Shown one piece after another: positions 50,271-63,000 of a stretch of 64,000 nt of DNA. Where the stretch lies: assembly GCA_977016875.1 (NCBI GenBank), contig CDRNST010000035.1:1054001-1118000 (forward strand). Reading direction: 5' to 3'. This DNA is from Pavona decussata (lineage: Eukaryota). Position 1 is the first letter of the stretch. The number at the start of each line of letters is the position of its first letter. The position numbers and the translations under genes are program-made. The notes under the pieces are model-generated. The model did not search any database. It was not told the origin of the DNA and saw only the letters and a list, made by a program, of their open reading frames with translations.

Positions 50271-53200
50271 CAAATGAGACAAGCAAATTTAATCTCAAAT
50301 TGTAGTGTAAGTTGTGTCTTCGCTTTTCCGTTAAATTAATGCACCGTCAGGACTTACTTTTATGGCTTACTTTTGAAATATTTGATGTATTCTAGACTAC
50401 TAAAAATAAAACAGCTTATAACTACTCTCTGTTTACTTTATGAAAGTAGAAGATATGTATCTGTTGATGCAGTCGAGGTCAATTAATGGCCCCTTTTACA
50501 AGGCACCGTTCTGAGAATTCCTCTTTTTTTATCCAGCTGCTGATCTATTTGAACACCTTAAGGCAAGCCCTCTAAATTGGCTAATAAATTCTGTCCTGGG
50601 AGCGTCCCATTTAAAGTTGACTTCACCACAAACTGTAGGCGTAATGAATTCCCGGACGCGTAGTCAAGGAAAAATATCTTGATTTACAATGATTCGAAAT
50701 TTAATTAATTTAACTGATTTCTATGTCCGTCACATAAATTATATTAACGTGAGAATTTGTTTCTCTCAATAGTTTTTTTGAGGACGCTGGACACTTTATA
50801 GATGGCTGCAGATAAATTGATTGCTCGTCATTTGAGATTAGCGTGGACAGCAGTGCTGACGCTGAAGTCGACGTTTTCTATCGATTTGAACAATTTTACT
50901 TCAAATGTTTTCAAGGTGGATCTTTGAAACAATTTCTAGGGAAGGAGATAAACAAATGGTACAACTTTAAACACTTCTCGGTCAATTAACTTGAAGTACG
51001 GTATTTTTTTGTAACACACCGATTTTATAATATGTAAAGCTCTTTTTATATATTTAAACTAGATCTATGCCTAGCACAAGCTGTTTCAAAATTACAAGAA
51101 ATTGTTGGAATTGTTATAAAATAGAGTAGTTGGTTTTAAGTTGATTTTTAGGCAGAGCCATTCACTTGTAAATAGGTAAGCTTTTCACGGTATGTTTTCT
51201 TGGCAATGGGTAATGAAAAAACAGTACCACATTGTATTACTGGGATACTTGCAGCAACATTCTGACTTTTGGTTCGAAATGAAATTGAAACTTAGATCAA
51301 TACACGCAGCTGGTTTTCTTTTTCGAATAAGGGAAAATCACCTTTTCCGTATGTAGCGGGAATTTGTTTTCGGTTACGCATTTGTTTATGTCGCCCTGTC
51401 AGGAAAATTTAGTGTGGTTAGCTTAATTCACAGCTGACTTCTTATTATCATAATCAATTTATCGAACTTTAGCCCAAGTAGTTTATATTTACAATTAGTT
51501 GAGTATCCTTTTTGAATTTTCTACCCTTTTCATTGTTGATAGATAACATCAATTGTCAAACTAATATTAAAAATCGAAGAAATAACACGTACATTAAAGG
51601 AAGATCACGCACTTATTTTGGTTTATTTATACTCCTTACTCTAAACTCAGTTTGTTATCCCACCTTATGCTAATTTGCTTAATCAAGCAACCTTACTCAC
51701 GCTGGATAGCCCAGCATGCAAGGCAAAGTCCAGAATGTCCCTTAATTTCATATTAATATAAACTCCAATAAAAAGCGAAACTGGTTATATATAATGACTA
51801 TTAAGGGCGGAATACACCTAAATTTCAGCAAATTTGAACGAAATTTGAAGAGTTTTAAGAAGGGATAGAGGAAAGAAAATGATTTTTGGAACAATACACC
51901 CACGTAAGAGCACCCCAGGTTGCTAGTGGACTAACTTGGTGTCCGTCTATTAATTATTGACTACAAATTCTAATTTTAAAACTTCACTAAATCTTCAATA
52001 TTTCTTATTTCTCTTAATTTTACCAATCCTTCTAGAAAAACTATCTCCTCCCAAATATACCCAAAAATCACCCCATAATTCACAAACCACCCCACAACAT
52101 AGGTTCACGGGATGAGTGTAGAGTTTTTGAATTGCTTGAAACGTGAACGAGATATTTCCATTAAAGCCATGTCATGTCAACTGGCGGAAAAATGGCGTTT
52201 AGGTTGAATACCCCCTTAAGACAAACATTTCAAGAAAATACTTGATGTAATCGACATCAACCTAAAAGATGCTAAGAAATCCACGACTTCAAGACTTCTA
52301 CCAGAGTTGTGAATGAAAACAGTAATTTTATGACGTTGTAGGACGAAAACAAGCTTCGCACCAAAACGAGGCTGCGCCTCCTGCACATCTAAGAAAATGT
52401 GTCCCACATGGAAGGAAAAGACGCTGTCGCGTCTTATATATATGTTTTCAGCATCATCAGGTTTTTAAGAGCTCCCTCGTGCGGGTGGACCGGTGGGGGT
52501 GGGGCTCTGCAGAGACTCTGCGCCCAAGACAGTTTCGAAAGTGCAGGAAGATTTTAATAGAAAACTCGCGATTTTCAGCCGATGGCGCGGTGGCGTAAAT
52601 AATAGACATTTTTACAATGTTTTCGGTCTCCAATCAATAATTTTTGAATGAAACAATCCTTTTTTTTTTAACATAAACAAACATAAGCCGATGCAGAGCG
52701 AACCAACAACGGGTAATCCCAAGTGGTCAAGATAGCTCCATCTTGCCCGCTCGGACAGCCAATCACAGCGCAGGATTTGACTCATCTTGCTTGCTCGCGG
52801 AGCAAGCCATAAAATTAAAAAAAGATATCAATCAGACTTTATGCTTGGTCAGGAAAAAAACATTTATAGGAGATACTACAGACTACATTTTTATGTTGGC
52901 ACTAGAGATGAAAAGACTTCGGTTACACTTTGTTTGGTTTTGGCTGCATATTAACACGGATGACAAAAATAGTAGCTACTTTTCTTAATATTTTTGGAAT
53001 GCATCACACTCTAGTTGTTTTATTTTCTAGGGAGGAAATCGGAGATCACAGCGTCTTAAAGGGTCACCCAGAAGCCTTAAATAGGAACCAACCTAACAAC
53101 TTTCGAGAAATCCTCATGATTGAGGCTCTTAATAATTAAAGTTCAGCGTATGGATCCAGGAAAATTCGCCCTTGTGGTAACTAAAGTATCAATGACTGTA

Positions 53201-54689
53201 ATTAGTGTTCAAAGAGGAGACTATGTGTCTGTAGCCGCTGGAAATTGAAACTCGGCACCTTACGCTTGTAAATAAACTAAATTTGACATTTGAATCTTGT
53301 GCCTGATTTGAGTTATTAAGCCCACCATATGTTTGACTTTAAAAACGAAAAACTTTAGTAAGCAGCTAACGGCGAACTGTATATTTTTCAACGACGAGAG
53401 TACTGCTGACCTATGCAAATGACAATAAACCTTTCAAAGAAAAAGACCTGAAAAGAAAGATTCACATAAATGGAAGAAAATTGCACGGGAAGGTAGAAAT
53501 AGAGGATATTACATGACCGTTCTGTGCTTTGTTGTGTTGTATCCTTTGAGTGGATGATTTTGAATATGTGAAACATATATTTGAACTTTGAGTGACCACT
53601 ATTTTTTATGTGCGTTAGGTGAAAGTTATTCAGCGTAAAAGATATCAAGAATGTCACCTAAAGAGGGGCATGTCAGGCAGTGTTTCTGCCTAATGACGCC
53701 ACAGGTCCGCCACATCAAAGGCAGTCACCATGGTATCATCAGCCGTGAGTGCCGAGATACTAAGATCAATCAGTTTCGTTCAGTTACAAAATTGTCTTTA
53801 CTTATTTGGCAATATTTGAGTTTAACATTAAATGTTTATTCGAGCCTCCATTCTCCAGTCTAGTCTCTAGTCGTTTTTCCGCAGCATTTAACAAGTCAGC
53901 AGATTTTTTCTTTCAATTATATCTAATTCTGCCACACAGAAATTACTAAGAAGACAAAATAGTTTGCCTATTTTGAAAGTGCATTTGAGAGACCCCAAAA
54001 ACTCAAAACTAAAAGATATTTACGCACAATTCACGTATTGTTTTACAGTTCTAGTTAGAAGGTTAAGAAAATAAATTATCTCCTTGAACTATCCTAATCC
54101 AAGGAAAATTGATGACATCGAAAGTGAACCCAAAAGATCTCTCTACGAGAAGTGTCCGAAGCTGAGGACTGGGGACTGAGGATTATTATTAGCTTCGTGT
54201 GCCATTGCAAGATTGTAAAATTAATTATTTAGATCAAAATGAGCTAAATAAAGATTATTATAATTAGGGGATGACAAATCTCATTTGCTATGTCGAATGG
54301 ATATCAAGATCAACAGTTTCACTATAGAGTTCCAAGACATTTTCGACCGTCCACGGAGGAATGTGGCCAAAATACGGAAAGATCTGCCGTTTTGCCATTA
54401 AAACGTCAGCGTTGACAAGTCGCCTGCCCGTTGTTGACGATCGAGAAAATGGTCTCCTAGCCGTGGAATTTTTGTAGTATTGGATGTACCAAATAAGGAG
54501 GCTGTTCAAGGAGACCCGCAGGCTTGTTTCCCACTGTTTTTAAAAGTCTTAGTTATAACAATTTGGCTCTGTAGGTTAAATTTTGGCAAATACGATCTCC
54601 ACTACTGTCAAAAAACCTACTTGAATACGTCCGTGATTCCTTCTTCTGTTTGAAATAGTGATAAAGTGGAAACTTTAAACTGTTAGCTG

Positions 54690-54927
54690 GGGCCCGTTTC
54701 TCGAAAGTCCCGGTAACTTACCGGGCCCGATAAGTATCTTTGGTGATAAATGTTTCATAACAGAAGTTAATTTTTGTTACCTTTGAACACTAAATTTTAA
54801 AATCCTATAATGCTATGAAAATATTGGCTAAGTACCATGTCTGTAATCATTGTGTAATCGGTGAAAAAGCATTTAAAAATATACTTATCGGGCCCGGTAA
54901 GTTCCGGGACTTTCGAGAAATGCGCCC
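54690..54927. mobile_element. Second copy of the PIF/Harbinger-like MITE
   Basis: Colinear and highly similar to 507-745; flanked by CTG/CAG (CWG). Confidence 0.85.
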
Positions 54928-55579
54928 CAGCTGCTTACAAAGATTGGATAAAACGTCAAACTGGTTAAGCTGGTAAACTAACAAAGTAAGGTAATAGTAA
55001 TGTTTGCATTCCGTAACTAGTAAACGTTTGTCCTCCGCCAGTCTTTGGGGAGGGGGAGGGGAAGTCCTCCCATATGCAGCCTATATTAGCTTGATTTAGG
55101 CAAGAAAAATGGAGTTTCACATCAGACTTTCTGTAAAAGTTACTGAGCACCAAAGCAATATTGCAAGTGAAGGGTACGATGAGGACATAAGCAATTGAAC
55201 TCTAACGTGTTCTGTAAACAGTTTTCACTTTAGAGATCTCTTAGTATAGTAAAAATGCTCTCTAAAGGATTTTATCCAAGGACTCAATTTCAAAAGGCGT
55301 CAATCTGATAGTCTAGACTGCATCATTTTCACGTTAAATTTGTAAAATCAGCTCCAAGATTAAAGACCAAGAAATAGATACAACTCGATTCATGTATCAT
55401 AATCTTTCAATACCTCTTCGGTGCAAATGTCTTCAACAATATCTTATCTCGAGTGGGATTGGAACACCTTTTCACACTCCTCCCCAGGAAAGGGGTTTGC
55501 TTGCTGATTCTGGAAGAGTTGAGAAAGAAGTTTTCGTAATGACTGGAAACTTGTGGTCCAGAGCAATGTTGTTTTCAAA

Positions 55580-56130
55580 CATTGTTGGTTTGGGGCTCTT
55601 GTGGTCAAGCTTTTTTCTCAAACTTGGAATCCATACATGTCAGAGCGGCAAAAATAATATTTAACTTAGATTGGTGTACGCCAAGCAAGGAGGTTCTTGC
55701 CGCAGCAAAATGGAATACCTTGGAGACTATGTATGAGAAACGATTATTAATTTTAGCGCATCAGGCTTATTATTATCTTTTACCATGTCCTATGAACTGT
55801 CTTTTTGTAAAGTATGTAAGTAGCTACGATTTCAGGAGGAAAATGACCTTCAAGTTACCCAGGCCTAGGACTGATATGATCAAGAAATCATGTTCATACA
55901 AGTCAATTATTCGGTGGAATGCCCTGGAAAACCAAATGAGATCAATTTGCGACATTGACGCTTTTAAAGGGTCACTCAAGAGTACTTTTCAGCCACATAT
56001 ATTGTAAATACGTAGAATTCTTGTGATTAGTTTAGGACGTTTAATTTAACATAACTTTCTTGTTGCTTGCAAGGCTTTATGAAAGAACACGACTACAAAT
56101 AACGGAATCCATCGGCAAATAAAAGTTTTA
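55580..56130 (+). mobile_element. LINE (L2/Crack-group) ORF2 C-terminus and 3' end
   Basis: LVWGSC..LESIHVRAAKII..KWNTL..YDFRR..KLPRPRTD..KKSCSY..RWNAL..FKGSLK, the typical non-LTR ORF2 tail. Confidence 0.85.
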
Positions 56131-58137
56131 TTATACAGCGCGCGAAAGGGAAAACAGCATTGAGTATACTGTCAAATAACAATTTTACTATATAACTGCA
56201 GAAATTCTCGCGCGCTCAGTGGCTAATTTTCATCGTCAATAAGCGGAGACACATGAATTTATAATTTATGTGATGTTGACGCAACGAACGACAACGGGGA
56301 ATTTGAAAACAACCAAAGTCAATCTGTCACTTTTCAACCAATACAAAGTGTTCCTTTTTCCATTAACCAAATAGAGAGCGAGACAGGTTTTTGATTTTGG
56401 TCGCGTCAGATTAATAAAATATACTTTTCTTGCATTTTTATCCCGCATTTTGACTTCATTTGAAGTAAAGCCACTTGAAGCAAAGGAGGACGGTAGAGTC
56501 AACCTCTTTCCGAAAAGACCCTGGCAACGATTTGGTTTCGTGACGTCATTAAGTTCACGGAAACTGTCATATTCATTTGATCCAAAGGCGATTGAAAGGA
56601 AGCTTTTGTTGACTTTTCTTATTAAACCGTTACATTCATTTTAGTAACACCTTTCTAAATTCGAAATGGGGACTGTTTAACAAATAGACGGTAGTTTTCT
56701 ATGGCCTATACTCTCAAAGACCACAAAATGACTTCTCAGAAAGTTCAAAACTCTAGTGAACCACGAGTGGTTTCACTACCAAGTTTTGAACATTTTATGG
56801 TGTCATATTATGGTCTATAAGAGTATAGACCATAGAAAACTGCTGTTGATTTTTGTTTGTTTGTTTTGTTTTGTTTTTCTACAACAACACGAAAAATGTA
56901 CGAGCGGAATTGGCTTTATTTTCCGTTAACTGAGAAAGCGCTCGTGTTACATCTGACATAATTTTCATTGCCTGTACTCTTATAGACAATAGCTACGAAC
57001 CAATCAGAGTGTAGGAATATGAACGTTATTGTAAAATAAATATTATGCGTGCTAAAAGTCTAAATGCTATACAGAAAGGTATCTATTAGCGAAAAGGAAC
57101 AAATAATGTATGTTGACCACATGACGTACAAATCGTAAAAGTTTACCACAAAACAAGAATAGCATTTCCTTCCCCGCACATCTTTAAGACAGTTTAATTA
57201 CGACAGTTTAATTAAAAAACAAAACCAGAATATGCACCTAGTAGGTGAGTGTTACTACTGCTGCTGTAATCGAAAGACTTTAATAGAAGACAGCTTGTAC
57301 TCGGGGAATTGTACTTGCAAAAGCAACATGTGAACTAGATTGGATTCTTTACAGACAGTGACGAAATACAAAATTAATGACCGAAAGAATAAACTGATTA
57401 ACAAACTTGAGAATGACTTCAGTTCTAAAATTGTTATATTTGTCCGTCAATTGCTAAAATTGGTCGCGCAAGCTTATATCAAATCTCAAGTAGCTATAAT
57501 ATGCAAATAGTCAATGTTACACGTCGCTTTCCCACACAGAAAGATGAATTACCATACAGAATAATCGATAACAACTTCTCCAGCCAAACATTTTTTTTTT
57601 AAATAAGCGATACATATGCCTTTAGAATTCGAAGTAAAACAGTTTGAGATTTTATTGAGTGCGTGCAAATTACAGAAGTTAAAGAATTTCGGCTCGAATG
57701 ATCATATCAACATTTGAAACAAACATGAATTACCGTACTATAGCGTTTTCCCAAGTCTTGTAAAATCCGTTTGAAGTCCGAAGTTTGGTTTCAATTTTTT
57801 GCCGAATTTAGTCTTTCAAATAAATCCGAACACGAAATGAATTTTCATCGATTTTAAGACATGCATGTCCTCTATTTCTGCGGTTGATCAGTCTACAGGG
57901 ATATGTCTTTCCATTCTGAGTTTCTCGGAGATGAAAGGAAAACATGTATAGTATTTCTTGAAAATTGAGGCCGATCCACGAGGTGCTTTATTTTGAATAC
58001 ATATTCGTATTAAAAATCGGTCATATAAAACCGAGAGAAAACCAATATCTGTTCGTTTTCTAATTCCGAACAGTTCCGAACACAATCCGAAAAATGGCCG
58101 CCTTACGGACTAAACGCGTTGCCTGATAGTGCCTACT

Positions 58138-58192
58138 AATCTCGTACCCAGATCGACATCTCCGAACCAACTGAGATCTGGGTACGAGATTA
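58138..58192. mobile_element. Miniature hairpin element
   Basis: TAATCTCGTACCCAGATC...GATCTGGGTACGAGATTA perfect inverted repeat. Confidence 0.7.
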
Positions 58193-58540
58193 ACTGCCTA
58201 CGTGCCTCAACGTCAGTGCAGTAGCCACAACAATCGAAAATGTCAAAGCTAAATTTAGCCCATCATGTGCCATGTGTTCATCCAGTTTAGGGGTTTTTCA
58301 AAGTTAAGGGGGTTTCTCATCAAAATATCTGTCAAGTCACTGGGCACTAAAACAATACAATTGAATAAAAATTTAAAAAGCTTTAAATTAAATGCGCTTA
58401 GTAACTGGATAACCCTGACTTTAAATTCAAATTAAAAATCCCTCAGACCGCTGGAAAGGTAAACACTACACATGCTTGGACACATTCTAGAATTATCTAT
58501 GCGTGTTCATCAAAAATAGACGATGACTTCAAAATTTGTT

Positions 58541-58570
58541 GGGTAAAATCCCAAAATACTTCACTATATA
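58541..58570 (+). promoter_or_regulatory. CARD-only gene B promoter: conserved kB-like GGGTAAAATCCC and TATA
   Basis: The 12-mer is identical to copy A and has the same spacing to TATATA (58565-58570). Confidence 0.5.
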
Positions 58571-58667
58571 CATTGTCAACAAATCGATTGAAGTCAGCCT
58601 CAACACGGCTCGTTCGTGCTATTTTCACTACTGGCAGAGATTTAGCAAGGGAATAAATTTTAACGAC

Positions 58668-60050
58668 ATGAATCGAGAAGAGAGAGAAAAAATTGATCAG
58701 TTTTCTCCCCAAATCGCCGAAGATGCTATTCCAGTCGATATGTTGCCGTATTTACCTTGCTTGACGCAAGGCGACAAGGAAATAATCAAATGCGAAGAGA
58801 TGAACAGTGGTCCGATGAGAGCTACGCTTGAGTTGTTGTCGCGTCTTCGAAGACGGACCGGTGCTTTTCAAGAATTTGTTGAAGCTCTTAGACTAAGTGG
58901 TTGCGGACATTTAGCGGATCTTCTTGATCCTCGCGAACAAGGTATGTGTAGAGTTACATGTATTTCTATTTCAGAGATTGAATATCATTATAAGCTTGTC
59001 TCAATATTCTCGGCCAAGTACACGTGTGTCCTGACTATATAACTAGATGTTTTGGCGTGTGGTATCGCTGTATATACTTTTACATACCAAAACATCTAAT
59101 AAGAGATTTATCATCGACACCTTTTCTGATAGGTAGCAATGAAAACTATGAGGAAAACAGAAGCAAAATGAGTGCGTGCACGTTTTAAAATTGTTTTTTT
59201 ACTGTACTAATATTACCATGACGGCACCAAGCAGGTTTTTTTTAAAATACAAATGATTGACTGTCTGAAATATCGCATCTGTCGTACTGTGTAGTCTATA
59301 AATTGCTTCAATTTTAGTAAAATCGTACCGTCATATTATTTCAAAATCAAATACACGAAAAGTAACGTCGGAAACCGAAATTGTATAGAGCTTTTTGCTG
59401 CTTCTCGAAACCGGTTTCATTCTAAAAACTATAAAAATTATGGGATAAACTCATCAAGGCGAGAGGTCAGTATCCATCGCATCCTCGCATAATCGGCCTC
59501 CAGTAAACTGGATTAGTATGCGCGTCCGATAAGACCCAGCCAGAAGCAAGTAGAAACCTGACTTTCGAGTAATTAAAGTTACGGTCGAATCTCACGTGCT
59601 ATATACAGTAGACAATGACGTACATTTTTGTTTTAAACTTTTCACTGTTGTGTAAAATTTTCCGCTTTCCGATTCCGTTCACAGAAGATAGAGGAGACGT
59701 TAGACGGAACGAAAACCTAAACGATCAGTTGCCGTTTCGCGACCAGGTAAGTAAGGCGTTACATTATTTGTATTTGCTGTCAATGGAAACATGAACAACA
59801 GACGCAAATTTTCAAGAAAAAAAGTCGTCTTATTCCAAAAATTGACTTTACTTTGCTACCAATGGAATAATTTTAATTTCCTTCCTAGAAAGTATCGATA
59901 CTATTGTGTTCACAAAGGAACCACCTTACTGCTACTCAACCGAAAGCTCTTTGCACTAACACATTTTATTCTATTTGTTGTTAGTAACTCTTTATGACGT
60001 GATCTGGTTACTTTCCACAGGTTGCCTTGGATGACGTCAATCATGTATGA
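58668..60050 (+). CDS. MAVS/RIG-I-type CARD-only protein B (3 coding exons, 121 aa)
   Basis: Exons 58668-58941 (G|GTATGT), 59685-59746 (tcacag| ... CAG|GTAAGT) and 60021-60050 (ccacag|, TGA). Same 274-nt CARD exon, intron phases and stop position as copy A. Tail: EDRGDVRRNENLNDQLPFRDQVALDDVNHV. Confidence 0.87.
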
Positions 60051-63000
60051 CAAATAAAAACAAGCAAATTTAAAATTAATAGTGTGAGTTATATATAATT
60101 ATTTTTTCTGCCCAACTGAAGTAACGAGACTAATTTAAACCCACCTTCACTAATTGATCTCTTTCTTTTCATATTCAGTCACATATTCCAGACTACTGAA
60201 AAAAAAAATAGACACTTGTATCCTGTTAAGTTCGTTGCCACTAATACAGCGGTATTAGTTTATGACTATGCGGGAAAAGTAGATCTTAGCAAGGGCTATT
60301 TGAATCCAAAAAGAAAATTGGATGTAACAACGCATGTTTCATAGATACTAAAGCATCAATGTTTCTAAAAAGCTTTAAAATACATATCTATATGAAATTT
60401 TCTTTCCAAAATAAAAGCTTAATTATCTTTGAAAAATACGAGGTTACCTCCAATTTTCTTTTTGTATTCAAATAGCCCTTGCTAAGATCTGCTTTCTCCG
60501 CGTAGTCATATAAAACCGCGCAATTAAAGCACCGTCTTTAGGAAACCCGAGTTTCTCGGACCATCCCTAGATGCGCAAAACGAATTCGAAGTGGAATAAA
60601 TGCTGTTATGGGCTTTTTTTTATTTATAAGTAGCCTGGAATAAATATGTAATCGCATGAGGCCGAGTAAAATTAAGCATCAATTTTCATGCAAATTTGTA
60701 TTCCTTTTTTTTTTTTAGCTGAACTAAGAATGTATAAACCGAATGTTGGGAATATATTAATTGATTCACCTTAGTGAAGCTTTCTCCCGTTAGAAAATCA
60801 CTCAAACACAGATCGATAAATATAGCAAAGCCGGGGTGCATCCAAAAAAGGACCTTGCAGGAAAATTTCTTGCAAATCAGCTGAATTTGACCTGCTCCTT
60901 CCCCTCATTTAAAGGGAACTTGTCACGTTCCGTTATCTTTTGTTGCACTGAGAAGCTGTAGCGAAGCCGGAAAGTTTTTTCTTTTTTTTTTTTTGTAAGA
61001 CACGAAAGTTTACCTTGAGGCATTTCCTGTAGCACTTTATTTCCATGCGTTATTTTGCACAAACAACCCGGATTGAAAGTCAAACTCCGAAGAACTGATT
61101 GTTGTTGGGTGGAAAATGAAGAAACTAAGCTAAAGAATGTGCGTGCTCAACCAATCAGGAACGGGTATTTTCACCGCTCAACCAATCCAGCCGAAGTGAG
61201 TTACTTTTTCCCCGGTCAAAGGAAAATTAAGGAAAACTGCACTCTGTCTCGACCAATCAGCATTCAGCAGTTTTACCCTCTATGTTATAAATATATTTAA
61301 ACTTTCTTTCTTATTACTTTCTACGTAGGAGGTTTGGCACTGCATAAATGGCTGACGGACACAAGCTTAACATTTTTATTGCTCATCATACCGTTGAGGT
61401 CAACGTGGATCGCAGAGTTAATAAGTCCGTCGTTGAACCAGTTTTACTTGAAGTATTTTCAATGTGTCTGCTAGTGAAGAACTGAATGTGTGGAGAGTAT
61501 ATGCCATTGTAAATCAAAGCTTATAATGCTGAGGAATTAATTATGATTTTTCCTCTTGCTTATTTTGCATCAGTACAATTTAGTGCATTTCCAAATCTAT
61601 CTCACTTGACTGATTCATCCCCGTTATATTCCTGCACATGCTTTGCAGTTAGTGCTGGAAGTAAGGGATCGAAGTAATGCCCGCAATCTTCATCTATCAC
61701 TGCATATGCGGCGATCATGTCAAGGCTGAGAGAATGAAGAAAATATTTATTGAGATAATAAAAGACATGCTTAAGCGCGATGCGCATAAATTAAATTTCA
61801 TCATAGTTTAGAGATAGTCTTATATGTAGCGGTACAGTTTGTCATGGCGTCTAGAACGTGTAATGTAAACTTTATTATTTGTATTTTTATAATAAAAGGC
61901 ATGCTTTTAAATAAATGACTGTGATTACTTAACCATTTGGTTTCAGTGACCTATTAAATTAATTTAAACTTTACTTGCTTTATAGAGCGGTTTACCATTC
62001 AGTGTCGTTAAACCAAAACTGTAATTATTCTGACCAATGAAAACAGACGTAAACAGCGCAAAAAACCAATCAGAAGGCGAAGCAAGTACCGCATGTAACT
62101 GTCAAAAGCAGAAAAACGCGTGCGAAGAAGTCACGACTGATTGGCCTCACATTGGCTGAGAAAATGGCGTAAAGCAAAATCAAGGTCAACTTCTCTTGGC
62201 AAGCAGGTAACAAATATGAAATACGAACAGAAAAATTTAGGTTTCTTAAAATTTTCCGATTTGGACTTTTCGCACCCCGAAGATCGTGAATAAACGACCC
62301 AATCACGGTGAACTGGTCAGCGGCTAAGAAAAAAAAACCACGGTGGACAGTGAATTCCTTCCAATGTGATGGACTTGCTTTACTAAAACTCTTCCAGCGT
62401 TTTTGTTACAATCGAATTGGCAAGACGTGTTTGATCTTGCTTCGTGTGTAAAACGTTCAAAACAATAGTTGTCTTATTTCTTAATTTGTTACTAACATTC
62501 GTTGATAACATGTTCGATGGAAATATGGCCGTCTTATGTCGAATGTTACAACTTTGACCTCTCACTTGTCGAACAGAAACTGGATTGCGGCCAAATGTTT
62601 TAACAGATTTATCACAGTCTATGGATTGAAAATTGCACTGATATGTGGAAGAGCCGTGAGAACGACCCCCATTTTGCGATTTATACTTCTGAACTTGGGC
62701 GAAATAACATGTTGCGCGATAAGTGCTCAAAGTAAATAAACTTTGTGCCCTCAGATTTATTACAGTTATTAAAGCTAATGATTGAAATTCGTCATATAAT
62801 AAACGTGAAGGGTCACCGTTTATAACCAGCGAATTAGGGAATTTTGAATGATCTGTATCAGTTATCCAAAACTAACGGCTGCAAATCTTGCAAAATTCAT
62901 GATCTCGCCAGTGGGTTTCGAGCAGTCAGCCCGGGGGTTGGAAAATTGAATATGAGGATCTTAGAGATGTCCACAAAATTTTTCACCGTTTTTGTACTCG

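Noticed and set aside
49195-60050. Naming the CARD genes MAVS or RIG-I/DDX58
   Set aside because: No TM anchor, proline-rich region, second CARD or helicase exons were found in the window, so orthology is not established.
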